Positions 38,882-52,129 of a stretch of 64,000 nt of DNA are shown here, piece after piece. The notes below the pieces were generated by a model. That model saw only the letters and a program-made list of their open reading frames with translations, had not been told where the DNA came from and did not search any database. Positions within the stretch are counted from its first letter, which is position 1. Every line of letters starts with the position of its first letter. This stretch comes from Eledone cirrhosa (Eukaryota). A program made the translations under genes and the position numbers. The stretch is from the NCBI GenBank assembly GCA_964016885.1, contig OZ024741.1, positions 305,040,001 through 305,104,000 on the forward strand, given 5' to 3'.

Positions 38882-40285
38882 AGTTGCTAAGATGTTGAAA
38901 GCATCTGGGATGGTGGGTCACACCATAGATACCCGTATTGTAAGCCAAGTAATACAAAATAGGGTCAGACCTAATGACTGGCATAGCATCATCATCGTCA
39001 ACTGCTACAGGGGCAAAGGAGATGCTCTAGATAGAGAAAACTATAGAGGCATTAAGTTGGATGACCAGGTCATGTAGGTCAGAGAATGAGTTATTGCACA
39101 GCGGATTAGGGTCCAAATTGATCTAAATGAAATGCAGTTTGGATTTGTGCCAAGTAAAAGTACCACGGGTGCTCCCTTCCTTATACGGCAACTGCAGGAG
39201 AAGTACCTAGCTAACAGCAAACCACTCTATTTAGCTTTTGTTGACTTGGAGAAAACCTTTGATAGAGTCCCCTGTTCCATTATCTGGTGGGGTCTTAGAA
39301 AACTAGGAGTAGATGAGTGGCTTGTGAAAGCTATATAAGCCATGTATGGAGGAACAGTCAGCAAGTTAGAATTAACAATGAATATAGTGAAGAATTTAGT
39401 ATAAAAGTAGGTGTTCATCAGGATTCCATCATTAGCTACCTCCTGTTTATTATTGCTATACAGGCTATGACAGAAGAGTTTAAGAATGGCTGCCCATGGG
39501 AACTCCTGTACACAGATGATCTAACCTTCATAGCTGAATCTATGGCAGAATTAGAGAAGAAATCCAAATCTGGAAGCATGGCCTAGAATTAAAAGGACTT
39601 AAAGTTAACTTGTCAAAAACTAAAGTCCTAGTATGTAGACAGGAAAACAGGGTCCAGATCCCCTCTGGGAAATGGCTTTGCTCAGTGTATAGGAAAGGAG
39701 TAGTAGGTAGAAATTTGATTCTATGTCCCAAATGCAAGGTATGGGTAAATAAAAGTTGTAGTGGGATCACAGGCAGGCTATCAAAGAATGTAGGTTTTAT
39801 ATGCAGCTGATGCACAGGTGCAGTAAGTAGCAAGTGCCCACAGAATACAAGCTCCTTCAAATACCCAGATGGTTTTATAGAAATAGTCAACAGTTTCCGT
39901 TACCTGGGTGACAAAATCAGCAGTAGAGGAGGGTGTTCCGAAAGTACAGTAGCCAGCGTAAGAACAGGATGGAGAAAGTTCAGGGAGCTACTACCACTGT
40001 TAACTACAAAAGATTTTACCCTTAAAATGAAGGGCAGATTGTATGATGCATGTATACAAACAGCAATGTTACATGGTAATGAGACCTGGGCACTGCCTGC
40101 AGAGGACCTGCGAAGATTGGAAAGAAATGAAGCATGCATGCTTTGATCGAAGTGTAATAGTAATATACATGAATGGCAAAGTGTAAATGAACTGAAAGAG
40201 AAATTAGACATAAGAGGGATCAGATGCAGTATACTAGAGAGGAGATTGTATTGGTATGGTCATGCGAGGCCTATGAAGGATGAAC
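38882..40285 (+). mobile_element. Degenerate RTE LINE, cut off at its 3' end by a Penelope element
   Basis: NYRGIKL, QFGFVP, FVDLEKTFDRV, YTDD and a decayed PHD; many stops and frameshifts. Confidence 0.92.
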
Positions 40286-42098
40286 AGGTGCAGATGAACG
40301 GTACGTGTCCTCTGCTGTTCACTGTTTTTGACTAACTGAGGTATTCAGCAGAGCGCGTGTGCGCGCGGAATAAGTGCAGTCAAGCAAAGGTCGGCGGTCG
40401 AAGCAGTTCTTTTAATTGTGGGAGTGGGATGGCGTTAGCTGTCAATCCTTTGTACTATTTATCTGTACTGGTTTTTGGTATTAGCAGTGTAGTATATTCG
40501 TATGGTAGTAGTAGTCGTCTGCCTGGTCAGTGGATGGTGGCGGTGCTACACACACAATCGTTCGAATGCTACTGTGTGTGTGTGTGTGCATTTGCACCAA
40601 CCACCTCATTTCGCTTCTCTCTGATCGGTTATTTATTTGTGGCCCTAGGCGTTTGATCCAAAGTGCTTCCTTGATTTGTAACGTGCCGACATTGCGTTCT
40701 GTCGCTAGCACTGTGACAATGGGTCCTCCGTCTTTGTTGCCGCATTTGGTTATGTGTTTCCGGAAAGACGAGGCCCTGGTGTTGATGTGCTCCTTGATCC
40801 GGATGTGTAGCGGTCGGATTGTGCTACCGATATAGTAGTGGTTGCACTTGTCACATTCTACCTTATACACGATGAATGTGCGTAAGCAACAGTTTGTATG
40901 GCGCATCGGGCAGTTTCTGAGGGAACACGCGTCAGTCGATTTCCCGGGTTTCCTGGAGAGGCATCTTCGCAGGGAGGGGCCCGAGTGGGCCAGGTGGATG
41001 TCGAGGCCCTCTCTCCGTATAGCCTTGCAGATAGAGTTGGTGGTATTCTCGCCCAGGTGTGGTATTTTAAGGAAGCACTTGCCTTGGGTGTTTCTCTGCC
41101 TCTTGCGTCTGGTGTCTCTTATTCTGTTTATGAGCGAGGCAGAGTACCCGTTTGTCTCCAGCACTTTGAGGAATCGCTTGGTGTGGGCGACACCACTCAT
41201 GGGATCGCTGCATCTGTTTTTAATTTGCTGATCTCATTCGTGATGTACCCTCTTTTAGCACTGTTAGGGAGGGCAGACTTGTAGTGGACAAACAAGTCCC
41301 TGCAGGCTGCCTTGTGGTAAAGTTGGTGTGGATCGATCCCTCCCTGCTCCGTGATGTTGATTCGGAAGTGGAGGAGGGCAAGTGATGCGTCGTCGCTGGG
41401 GTGTTCAACACTGAAATGAATGTTCTCGTCCGTGTTGTTGAACGTCCGATAAATTCCGTTCACCATCTCCTGGGAAGATGTGAGGATGAGGATATCGTCC
41501 ATGTACCTTGAGAAAAAGGCGACGGCGTTGGGGTGGCAGGTGTTGAGTACCTTGCGCTCGAGGCTGTCCATGTATGAGATCGCTAGCACACCCGACAGGC
41601 TTGAGCCCATGGGCAGCCCCGAGGTTTGCTGGTATGTTTGGTCGAGAAAACCGAAGTAGGTATTGTCAACGACGATGGATAGGAGTTGGTGGATGTCAGT
41701 GGGGTGAGCCCGAAGCAGTGTAGGTCGGTAGATTGAACGCGTTCCATCAGTATATCAACGGCTGGGAGTGCCGAGACCGAGGTGTAAAGAGTGACTACAT
41801 CAAGGCTGAAGGCATATCTGTTAGCCTTTCTGGTGTCGGGATCCATTTGATGCAAGCGCTCCAACACCTTCTTGGAGCTGTTTACGTGTCCTGGCAAGGT
41901 GTCTAGTATGGGTTTGAGTATTCTGGCTAGGAGCCATGAAATTTTGTAGAGTGGTCCTTCCACACTCGATACAATAGGTCTGATCTTCAGGTCGGGTTCC
42001 TGTTTGTGTGTTTTCACAAGGTGGTAGAAGGCGGGTAGTCTGCTGTTCCTCGTGAGGAGGTTGTATCTGAGCTTCTTCGGGAGCTTCTGTCGGTCACA

Positions 42099-42100
<2 letters not shown>
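40286..42100 (-). mobile_element. Penelope-like element (RT, Cys-rich linker, C-terminal GIY-YIG), 5'-truncated and frameshifted
   Basis: FYHLVKTHK..IRPIVS, SLDVVTLYTSV, MGSSLS, RYMDD; CSLRNCPMRHTNCC linker; IVYKVECDKCNHYYIGSTIRPLHIRIKEH...IKEALWIK...QIN. Confidence 0.93.
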
Positions 42101-42144
<44 letters not shown>

Positions 42145-42169
42145 TTATATATGTATATATACACTAAAG

Positions 42170-42455
42170 TCTAAGTCTAAAGTTTGTCTTAAGCCAGAAG
42201 GCTCGTTAGGCCGGTGCTTATCCTAGTTTCATGGCGTGAAGTGACTGAGAGTACAAGACGTTCCCCTTGTCAGGACGCCAGTCTATTGTAGGGTTAAACC
42301 CCCCAGCTATTGTTGGTACTCATTTTCAACTGAGTATACTGGAGCAACGTGAAATGAAGTGTTTTGCTCACGAACACAACAGGCAACCCAGTCCAGGATT
42401 GAACCCATGATATTATCATTGTTCATCTAACACCATTACACCTAGGCCACACATA
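42170..42455 (-). mobile_element. Second SINE family (tRNA-like head) with (TTAGAC)n-like tail
   Basis: Reverse complement gives tggcctaggtgtaatggtg...gggttcaatcc...ttgtgttcgtgagcaaaacacttcatttcacgttgctccag; related pieces near 44815, 47310 and 54430. Confidence 0.6.
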
Positions 42456-42599
42456 CACACATTTTTATATATATATAGCTTTTGATTACAGAGTCAGGCC
42501 AGATCGATACAGATTAAACCTTGAGCTGAACAATAGTGAAACGCGCGTCACACCTGAATAAACTTAATGATGATACTCTGACACCTCATTCGTACTTAT

Positions 42600-42645
<46 letters not shown>

Positions 42646-42925
42646 GGAGAGAATTATAGTAGTATTCAATTTCTGTTAGTGAAATCAATTATTTTCTATA
42701 TATCTCTGTATGTGAAAAAGTTTTTATTCTACTTTGAAAATTTGTTGAGTCTACATATAATTTTTTGAGTAATTGGATTTGATTTAATTTGATTGAAAGG
42801 GTCAAATGTTAGCAATCCTAGACTGGTTATATAGCATATACAAAGAAACATGTGTCAGTGTTATGCAATAAATCATGATCTCACTCTTCTGGAATGTGGT
42901 GTTTTAAATAATTTTTGTCAATCTA

Positions 42926-42987
<62 letters not shown>

Positions 42988-43042
42988 CAAGGATATTAAT
43001 GATAAAGTATAGCCAAATGGCTGCACATTATATAAATCCATA

Positions 43043-43160
43043 CGATCTGAGTTCAAATCCCGCCGAGGTTGACTTTGCCTTTCATCCTTACAGGGGTCGA
43101 TAAAATAAAGTACCAGTAATGCACTGGGTAATTGCTGGCCTTGTGCCTAAAGTAGAAACA
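43043..43160 (+). mobile_element. 5'-truncated SINE with 16-bp TSD
   Basis: TSD attatataaatccata at 43027-43042 and 43161-43176. Confidence 0.88.
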
Positions 43161-43244
43161 ATTATATAAATCCATAAACACACGCAGCTTAGTGGTTAGG
43201 GTGATTATCTCACAATCGTTAGGCTGAAAATTCAATTCATATAT

Positions 43245-43725
43245 ATCATCATCATCATTTTATATCTGTTTTATCATGCTAGCAAGGGTTGGAACCTCCC
43301 TCCACTCATAACATCCCTTTGTCATCTCTGCGATGTTCAACATTTTGAGATCAAATTTAACCACCTCTGTCCAGGTTTTCCTTGGTCTTCCTCTATTGCA
43401 GCTTCCTTTCACTGGCATCACCTAGTACTTCTTCACCAAGTATTCATCATCCATATGCATCACATGTCCATATCAACACAGTTTTCTCTCTTGCACACTA
43501 CATTTGATTCCTCTTATACCTAATTTTTCTCTCAGTTTACTGTTCATGCACATTAACATTACACATATAATGGAGTATGTTCACTTCATTTCTCTCTAGC
43601 CTCTGCATATCCTCAGCATTGGTTGCCCATATCTCACTGCCTTGCAACATTACACTCTTCACAATGGCATCATATAATCTAACCTTCACTCATACAGAGG
43701 TAGTAGCTCCCTGTTCTTATTCTAG
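43245..43725 (-). mobile_element. Old RTE 3' fragment
   Basis: Diverged reverse-complement match to the RTE C-terminus and (GAT)n tail. Confidence 0.75.
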
Positions 43726-43944
43726 CTGCTGAGCCCACATATTATACAGTTTTAAATATACACAATCGGAAAATACATTTTTTTTTAAAATTAAAAAAAA
43801 TCCCTGTTAACTCTTAACATTCTGTTTCATACAAAACTACATCACCTAATATAAGGAAGAAAACTCCTCCTGCTATCATTTTCCCCTTCAATTTCTCAAT
43901 CTCCAGAGAACCTAATGACGTCTAATTTCTCAATCTCCAGAGAA

Positions 43945-44505
43945 CCTAAACAACGTCTGGCAATGGACTTGGTGAATACCCACAAAGTTTTTAACCATCT
44001 CGCCAACTGCAACCCTGAGCGCCTCTTTGATCTCCATGTGTCTAACACACGTGGACATGCCTACAAGATAAGAAAACAGCACAGCTCCCATGACTTTCGC
44101 AGACATTTTTTCACGCTCAGAGTTGCTGAAGCATGGAACAAACTACCTGCGTCAATTGTTAGCTGCCGAGACACTGCATCCTTTAAGACACTCATGCTTC
44201 CCGAAATACGCCAAAACTACACCTGATGTGCCCCTTCCATACACATGCACACATGTGTGCACTGTTCATTTTACTGATGTTTGTGCATTGCCCTATGTAC
44301 TGTACATGCACTTTTTTGATGGGTTGTGGTGCACCTGGGCACTGTGCACAATATTTCATTATTGTTATTGTTATTATATCATGACTCATACACTGTTTAT
44401 TTTCCTGACATTTGTACATTATTCTATGTACTATACATGCACCTTTGATGAGTTGTAGTGCACCTGAGCACTGTACACAATAATTTCATTATTATTATTA
44501 TTATG
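43945..44505 (+). mobile_element. CR1-group LINE 3' end with duplicated 3' terminal module and (ATT)n tail
   Basis: TRGHAYKI...RRHFFTLRVAEAWNKLP...SFK; catgcac...gtgcacctgRgcactgtRcacaat...ttcattatt twice. Confidence 0.8.
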
Positions 44506-45146
44506 CCTTGCCCAAAATATCAATGTACATCGACACTTTTACACAATGTTCTTGAACATGCACTGTTTTTGAATAACTCACAGGTTTGAAATTAAAAAAG
44601 TTTGCGTTTAGTTACATCACTAAGTTTGATATTTTCATTATTTTAATTTGTTCATATTATTAATGTGTTAAATTTCTGAACCAGCTGTGGCTCAGCAAAA
44701 GAAACATTTTTATTAACATAATTAAATGTTATTATGCCATTAAGAAATGTCTGCTCTTTTGGTTATTCTTTATATCACCACTGAAAAGCATTTATTTTAC
44801 ACTCACACACAGGTGTGTGGCTGAGTAATTAGAGAATTGGATTTGCAATTGTGAGGTTTTGATTTCGATTCCCAGATTGGGTGATGCGTTATGTCCTTGA
44901 GAAAGCCACTTTATTTCATATTGCTCCGTCTGCCTGGATTTGTGACTGACACATAGTATTAGCAATTAGAAAGACTGATGGAAACATTGTTTCCTCATCC
45001 AATTTGACAAGCTCCACCCCACTCATTAGGCGAATGAGGTCTGGGATCTTGTTGATTGACTGTCGACACACAGTATGGCTTCAGCCTGTCGGCTGAAATA
45101 TGTAATAGGGTAATAGAGTATATATACATACATATAAACAAATATT

Positions 45147-45185
<39 letters not shown>

Positions 45186-45959
45186 CATATATATTACATT
45201 TTCGAATTTGGAAGTATTTGGACATGCGGTTGGTAAATAATTATCTTTTTGTATTATTTAATGATTCTGAAGAATTCAATACAGGGGAATAAAATGCTAC
45301 TTCCTTCTGTATTTGAAAGAAATGTTTGTAAATCTATTAAATAATATAATTAAACCCTGGTTATTTATTTATTTATTTATTCATTATATATATAATCATT
45401 TTATGTCCAGTTTCCATGCTTATAGTGAAAAACATTAAAAAAAAATTAGCTGTTATTATAGCCTTTTTATGATCAAGGTTTAATTTTTTTTTTCTTTATT
45501 CACCTTGGCCTGCAAGATATAAAAATATTTCCCAAAAGGTTTGCCAACCTCTGACTTACATCAAAGTATAAAATGACTTATATTGTTCAGAGGTATAGTT
45601 TTTCAACTAACTTCAATACAATAGACAACAAACAAGGCATAAAATATTCAGTGGCAATTTGAGATAAGCAAAAACATAACACATATATCAGGGTGTGCTC
45701 TTCCCCCTTTTCTATGTCTCCGTGACTGGTGGGAAGGTATCCTAAATTTGGAAGCTAAGCCTAAATGCTTGCAGCAGAGTGCTAAAACAAAACAAAAAGG
45801 TACCCTAAGTCCAGGTGTGTATTAGAAGTTATGGTAAATCAACCTAATGACTAAAGTGTTACATTTCAGATACTATGACAAATTTTATAGAGGATTTGCT
45901 TGGCAGTTTCAATAAAGCTGAAAAGCTAAAACCAAATATGATGGCAACAATAAGGGTAT

Positions 45960-45997
<38 letters not shown>

Positions 45998-47155
45998 TTC
46001 GTTTTTGAATTTGTTTTGCAAGATTTCTTATCTGAAAATCTGTGTTGAAACAGATGTTATATAAGAATATATGTGTGTGTGTGTGTGTATGAGTGTGTGT
46101 ATATATATATACTTCAAGCGCAATAAGAGAAGGCAGGCCTTGTCACCCAATCCAATGCTGGAAAATGATATTGGTGAAGAAAGAATAAAAACCAAATCTT
46201 TAAATCTAAAATGAGGGTAGAAATAACGACAGGAGCAATAGTAATAAGATATACTATATGAGATTATTAGCTTGAAATAAGACACTTTAATTGATATTGA
46301 GACAATATAAGGTAGAAATAGCTCATAGGACACCTGCCTTATAAGCTTTGTGTTTGTAGCCTATTACAGAGACTATGTTTTTTCTCCGTTAACTTAAAGG
46401 TAGGAAATATAACTCTATTTGCCCTAAAAATACCTAATTAAAAATTCAATATTGATTTCTTACTTTAACATTAGATGAAGAAAGAAATTGTGATATTTAT
46501 GTCATTCCTAAGGAATATTATTAGTGATTTCAATAAAGTGAAGAATCTTAACCATTTCATTACCATATTTCTGTCTATGATTTTCACTTACTTTGAAAAT
46601 AATCAAGAAATTGGAAGGATTTACTTGGTATTTGAAACATAATTTAACAAAAGTTCCTACATAAAATTATGATAGAAGGTGTTTAGATAAATATAAATAA
46701 TTTAACACACACAATTTTGTATCAGACACAGGACAGTTTCAAGCAGTTTGGTATCAAAAGAGTTAAACAATGAATTTAAACTGTCATGAATTTATCTGCC
46801 AGGAGACCACTTCTTACTCATGAATTTATCTGCCAGGAGACCACTTCTTACTCTTCTAACCAAAACAATGATAAAAATGTCATTTAAAAAACTCTATTTG
46901 TCTTATGAAGATAACCCTTTCATGACTGTATTTCTAATGAAATACACTCTATTTCAATTAATATATGAAGAATGTTGAGAGATTTACTAATATTAATTTT
47001 TGTAATACTAAAATAGTAATTTAACACATGGTTATTATATAAAACTGACATTGATGTTATTTTAAATAGGGACCATTTAAAATGGATAGTTTTATTTCAT
47101 CGAGTTAGAGTTGGTTAGATTGGGCTGGTATCAAGAGTTAAGTTAAAGTTAGTTA

Positions 47156-47303
47156 CTCTTGGGCCCCAAATAATAGGGAGATCAGCAGGGGGTGGTGGTC
47201 GAAATCGGCAATTTTTCTAGGTTGTTTCCGTTGATTTTTTTAAAAACCAGAATTAATCTGAAAAATTAATACACGGGGTGGATGATTATTCGAGCCCCAA
47301 GAG
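47156..47303. mobile_element. TA-flanked MITE (longer relative at ~49168-49484, opposite orientation)
   Basis: TA|ctcttgggccccaaataat ... attattcgagccccaagag|TA. Confidence 0.65.
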
Positions 47304-47471
47304 TAGCCTTTCTTGAGCGTAGAGGTTTATGAGGCCACAGCATATCCTAGTTTCATTGGTGTTAAGTGACTGAAAGTACAAGACTCTTCCACTTGGTCAG
47401 GATACCAGTCTCTTTGTCTATCTAGATAACTTGTCCAACACATGCCCACATAGAAAACAGATGTAAAATAA

Positions 47472-47982
47472 TGGTTTCTCATTTAGGCACAAGGCCAACA
47501 ATTTGGGGGAAGAGAAAAGTCGATTAAATCGACTCCAGTGCGTTACTGGTACTTTATTTTATCGAACCCATAAGGATGAAAGCAGATGTAAAATAATTGT
47601 TTCTACTTTTGGCACAAGGCCAGCAATTTTCCCAGTGCATTACTGGTACTTTATTTTATTGACCCCGTAAGGATAAAAAGCAAAGTTAACCTCGGTGGGA
47701 TTTGAACTCAGACCGTAAAGGGACGTAACTATGCTAGAAAGCATGGCGTCCAACCCTCTACCGATACTGCCAATTCACCGCCCTAATTCAAAATAATTGT
47801 TTCTACTATTGGCACAAGGCCAGCAATTATCCAGTACATTACTGGTACTTTATTTTATCGACCCCGTAAGGATGAAAGGCAAAGTTAACCTCGGCGGGAT
47901 TTGAACTCAGACGGCAAAGGGACGTAACTATGCTGGAAAGCATGGCGTCCGACTCTCTACCGATACTGACAATCCACCGCCT
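47472..47982 (-). mobile_element. Three head-to-tail SINE copies
   Basis: One truncated and two full copies; the last is flanked by TSD ctaattcaaaataat. Confidence 0.88.
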
Positions 47983-48360
47983 AATTCAAAATAATGTTGG
48001 TTATACACACACACGTATACACTCAAAAAGTGAAAGCAGTGTTCTTTCTGAAACCAACACCATTCTAAATAATTTCAATTATATAACTGAACTTCATGTG
48101 GATTCATAATTATAAGGTCAGTTTCAATTCCACCAAGTGCTGTGTAACAATGAATAAGGCAATTTATACATACTAGAATGTTTTCAACATGCTGATGCGT
48201 GTGTGCATGTGTGTATGTGCATATGCATACATTTATATGTATGAGTATATAAATTTAAACGCACAAACACAGACACACAAAAACATACATTCACATACAT
48301 TCACACAACCACACACATACATTTACACAAACACACACATACATTTACATAAAAACACAC

Positions 48361-48871
48361 ACTTCCTCAATCATCTCTAGTATGTGACGTCATCACTCCT
48401 TCCTTCATCAGTCATCTCTAGTGCGTGACATCATCACCCCTTCCTTCCCCAGTCACCTCTAATGCGTGATGTCATCACCCCTTCCTCCCTCAATCATTTC
48501 TAGTGCTTTATGTCATCACCCTTTCCTTCCTCAGTTATCTCTAGTGCGTGATGTCATCACTCAATCCTTCCTCAATCATCTCTAGTATGTGACGTCATCA
48601 CCCCTTCCTTCCTCAGCCATCTCTAGTGTGTGACGTCATCACCCCTTCCTTCCTCAGCCATCTCTAGTGTGTGACGTCATCACCCCTTCCTTCCTCGGCC
48701 ATATCTAGTGTGTGATGTCATCACCCCTTCCTTCCTCAATCATCTCTAGTGGGTGACGTTGTCACCCCTTCCTTCCTCAATCATCTCTAGTGGGTGACGT
48801 CGTCACCCCTTCCTTCCTCATTATGTGACGGACAGACAGACGGATGGAAGTCGCTCAAATTCATATATAGA
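48361..48871 (-). mobile_element. Helitron-like 5' end carrying a ~41-bp minisatellite (about 11 copies)
   Basis: Minus strand starts A|TCtatatatgaa...ccgtctgtctgtccg; unit catctctagtgtgtgacgtcatcaccccttccttcctcaRY; no 3' CTAG end seen. Confidence 0.6.
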
Positions 48872-51800
48872 TATATATTTGTGTATGTATCAGTGTTTGT
48901 ATTTATGTTTGTAAATGTCCTAATGTTTATGTAGTGTTTTGACAAAAAGAGATCAATAAAGTAAGTACTGATGTTGATATGATTGACAAAAATTCCTTGA
49001 GGGTCATGCCCCAGCATGGCTACAGTCTAAAGACTGAAACTGGTAAAAGAATACTAAGTTACAAGTAAATCAACAATTTATTAGTGATATTAGGATATTC
49101 AGATTTACCACAATGGCAGCCATAGTAAACTCAGTATACTGTTTTTTTTTCTGATTTGGTTATCAATACTGTGGGGTCTTGAATACCCCCCCCCCCCTCC
49201 ACTTATTAATTTTTCGGGTTTTTTCCACTAGCTCCACTTATTACATTTTTTTTTAGACATTTAAAAACTTGATACATGACAAAAAAAGAAAATTACAAGT
49301 TATAAAATATAAAAGAATATTACATGTTATAAAATAAATAGGATCGGTTGGGATCTCAATATGTAAACTAAACAATTAATCTTGGTTTAAAAAGAAAAAA
49401 ATCAAGGGAGACAACCTTGAAAAATTACCGATTTTCCAACTAACCCCCGTTTATTCCCCACCCCTACTGTTTGGGATCCGAGAGTAAGAATTATATGTTC
49501 TGCTTCTTTGATTTTTCAAAATTTCCATCATGGTTCTTTATCTGTAATGGAAATTTCTTTTCATAATGGTATATGGTTTCTTTTTTGCAACATATCTCTT
49601 AAACCATTCCCAATTTTCATATTTCCATTTTATTCTATTAAAGCTTTTTATGGGAATGAGAATACATATATGATGGAAAGAAATTTCAATTATAGATAAA
49701 GAACTACAATGGAAACTCAGGAAAAATTCAAAAAAAGCAGCACATATGGAACTTACTGATAACCCAGTCAGTAAGACAATCACTGATTTCAGCTCACTAT
49801 GGATACCAATGATGAAACAAATAATAAAGAATACAGACCAAGTCGACAAAAATACGTTATTTATTAAGAAGCACCTAAAGAAATGCCATACCCAAGATTC
49901 CAAACTTACCATTGAAGTCACCAAAAGAAATACTGAATTAAACAGGCAGTTCTTATCAAGAGATTAAAGACTTCTATCAATAGTAGATGCTAATTACATG
50001 AAGCTAATTGGCTATTGTAACTATACCAGTTCGCACATGCCACCACTCCTCCATCCCCAAATATGTGTGTGCAAAGAAGTCCAGTTTATCATCATCATCA
50101 AACTCCATTTTATTTTTTAGTTTTTGAAAAAGGGGTTTTTAACCTCAAAATATCAATGGAATATAAGGTAAAAATGTAAATTGTTGTTTTGTTTTACTCC
50201 TTTATTTCTAAATGGCATTGTACTGGCTTTTCTAAAATTTTATAGGTTTGATTCCCAGACCAGGTGGTTTAGTATGTTCATGAACTAACACTTCAAATCA
50301 TACTGCTCCAGTTCACAAGGTTGAAAATGATTACCAGCAACAGGTGGAGGTTAGCCTCATCAAATCAGGATAATCCCTGGCCTTTGTCCAGCCCTTGCAT
50401 GGAAGAACAGGCATAAAAACAATGACTTTGACTCTAGATGCCAACTTCATAGAGAAATAAATGTAAAGGTTAATTACTTGGCTAAATCCCTCCAAGTTCT
50501 TGATTATTAAAAAAATAAATGGAAACACAAAGGCAGTGTATTCCATGGAAAATATGGTTAGAAAATGGTTAAAGTTGCAGTCAAATTTCCTGCTAACATT
50601 AACATAAGGTTTCCATGTTTTATGTTCTAAATGTTAGGATGCTATGCTCCATGATAAAAACAGGATGAGTGTTACTGATAACGCACTCGAGTATAAACCA
50701 AATTGATATGTTAACCATCTTACATTTGCATATCTTGGTTGAAAGGTGGCCTAATTACTTCTGCTTTCTGATGTCAACCCATACTTTTCAGTATTTTGGA
50801 AGGTGAAAATATGTACACACACATACAAATGATGAACCTTCACATAGTTCATATCAACCAAATTCACTCACAAGACACTGGTCGACACAAGGCTATAGCA
50901 AAAGGAATTTGACCAAGGTGCCAACAACAGGATTGAACCTGCAACCACATGCTTTAGAAATGAAGATTTAAACCATACAGCCATATCGTGCCTACTTATT
51001 GGTTCAAACTTGGATACCAATATGCTATAAGTGTGCTTAATATGAGCTGACCAGGCCAACCAATAACACCACAATCTTTATCATTTAACATTCTTTTACT
51101 TGTAGGGAAAATAAACATTAGATGATGATGATGATAATGATCCTCATGCTAGTTTCATTAAGAATTAAACAGGTCACATTGTTACTTTCTCTTCTTTAAA
51201 CAGGTCACATTATCTATCTCTTCGAAACAGGAAATTTCCATTACAAATTTAAAGGAAGGTTATCAGTATTCCTACTTTTTTTAGTTACCACCCAAACATA
51301 GGAGCATGCTCTCCTCTTCTCTGGTACTTATTTTATTGAATTTGTTGGGAGAAACGGTCACAATGACATCAGCAAGATTTTCAATAAAGAACTAGAAAGT
51401 ATTGCACTAGAACAGCACTCTTACCCCACACCTCTCTCAGTCTATAAATAGTTTCAATTCTGATGGTGTTATTATTTATTTATTTATTCAATTAATCCAT
51501 TTAAACATCCATATAGAGCTAGTAAGCCATGACAGCTAGTACATCTTACAGTTGAGAAAAAAAAAAAGATATACAGAGATAAGTGAATATAAAAATAAAA
51601 ATAACTTTTTTTTTAAATAAGCAAAAAAACAAAACAAAAAGAACAGTTTTTACATTGGAACAAATAGTGCCAAACAGTTTAAATCTGGCAAATGCATTCC
51701 AAGTTCAACTTTATCATTCATTCTTTTTTCCTACATTAATATATGGTCTCCATGTTTTATGTTTTATATGTTAGGATGCCATTCAGGCTGAGTTAAACCA

Positions 51801-52129
51801 TAGTCAGGCCCCTAGTCTTTCAAGTTATTTGGGCCTCCTTTGGTATGGCAAAAAAAAAAAGAAAAATTGGCAGACCCCTGAGCTTCAGTCTAGTCAGCTA
51901 TATGGATAATACAGCCATGGATGTCATGCCCCATACTGAAACAATACCTTCATTTGTGAAATAATTATTTTTTAGAGGAGGAGGCAGGATTTCTCTACCT
52001 AATTCTCACTTAGTCTTCCAACCATTTGTTGTTGTTAGTTAGGTCAAGGGTTTGTCTCTTACACTAGTCAAATCAATGAGTTGCTTGTGGAAAGACTAAA
52101 GTAACATTGATTTCTTTACTATCACTGAT

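Noticed and set aside
38592-39077. ORFs spanning the N run
   Set aside because: Artefact of the assembly gap joined to an RTE fragment.
48361-48830. CRISPR-like regular array
   Set aside because: Units are contiguous with no unique spacers, the context is eukaryotic and there are no cas genes. It is a minisatellite.
49690-50010. ORF MELTDNPV...KKHLKKC...
   Set aside because: No splice signals or host-protein similarity. At best a heavily decayed GIY-YIG-like remnant, too weak to call.
51204-51300. Possible next IFT80 exon (cag|GT CAC ATT ATC TAT CTC TTC GAA ACA GGA, reading GHIIYLFETG in a compatible phase)
   Set aside because: Similarity ends after about 8 residues with no KPLGDG-like motif. 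There is no good donor, and the acceptor lies in a local tandem duplication (ttaaacaggtcacatt twice).
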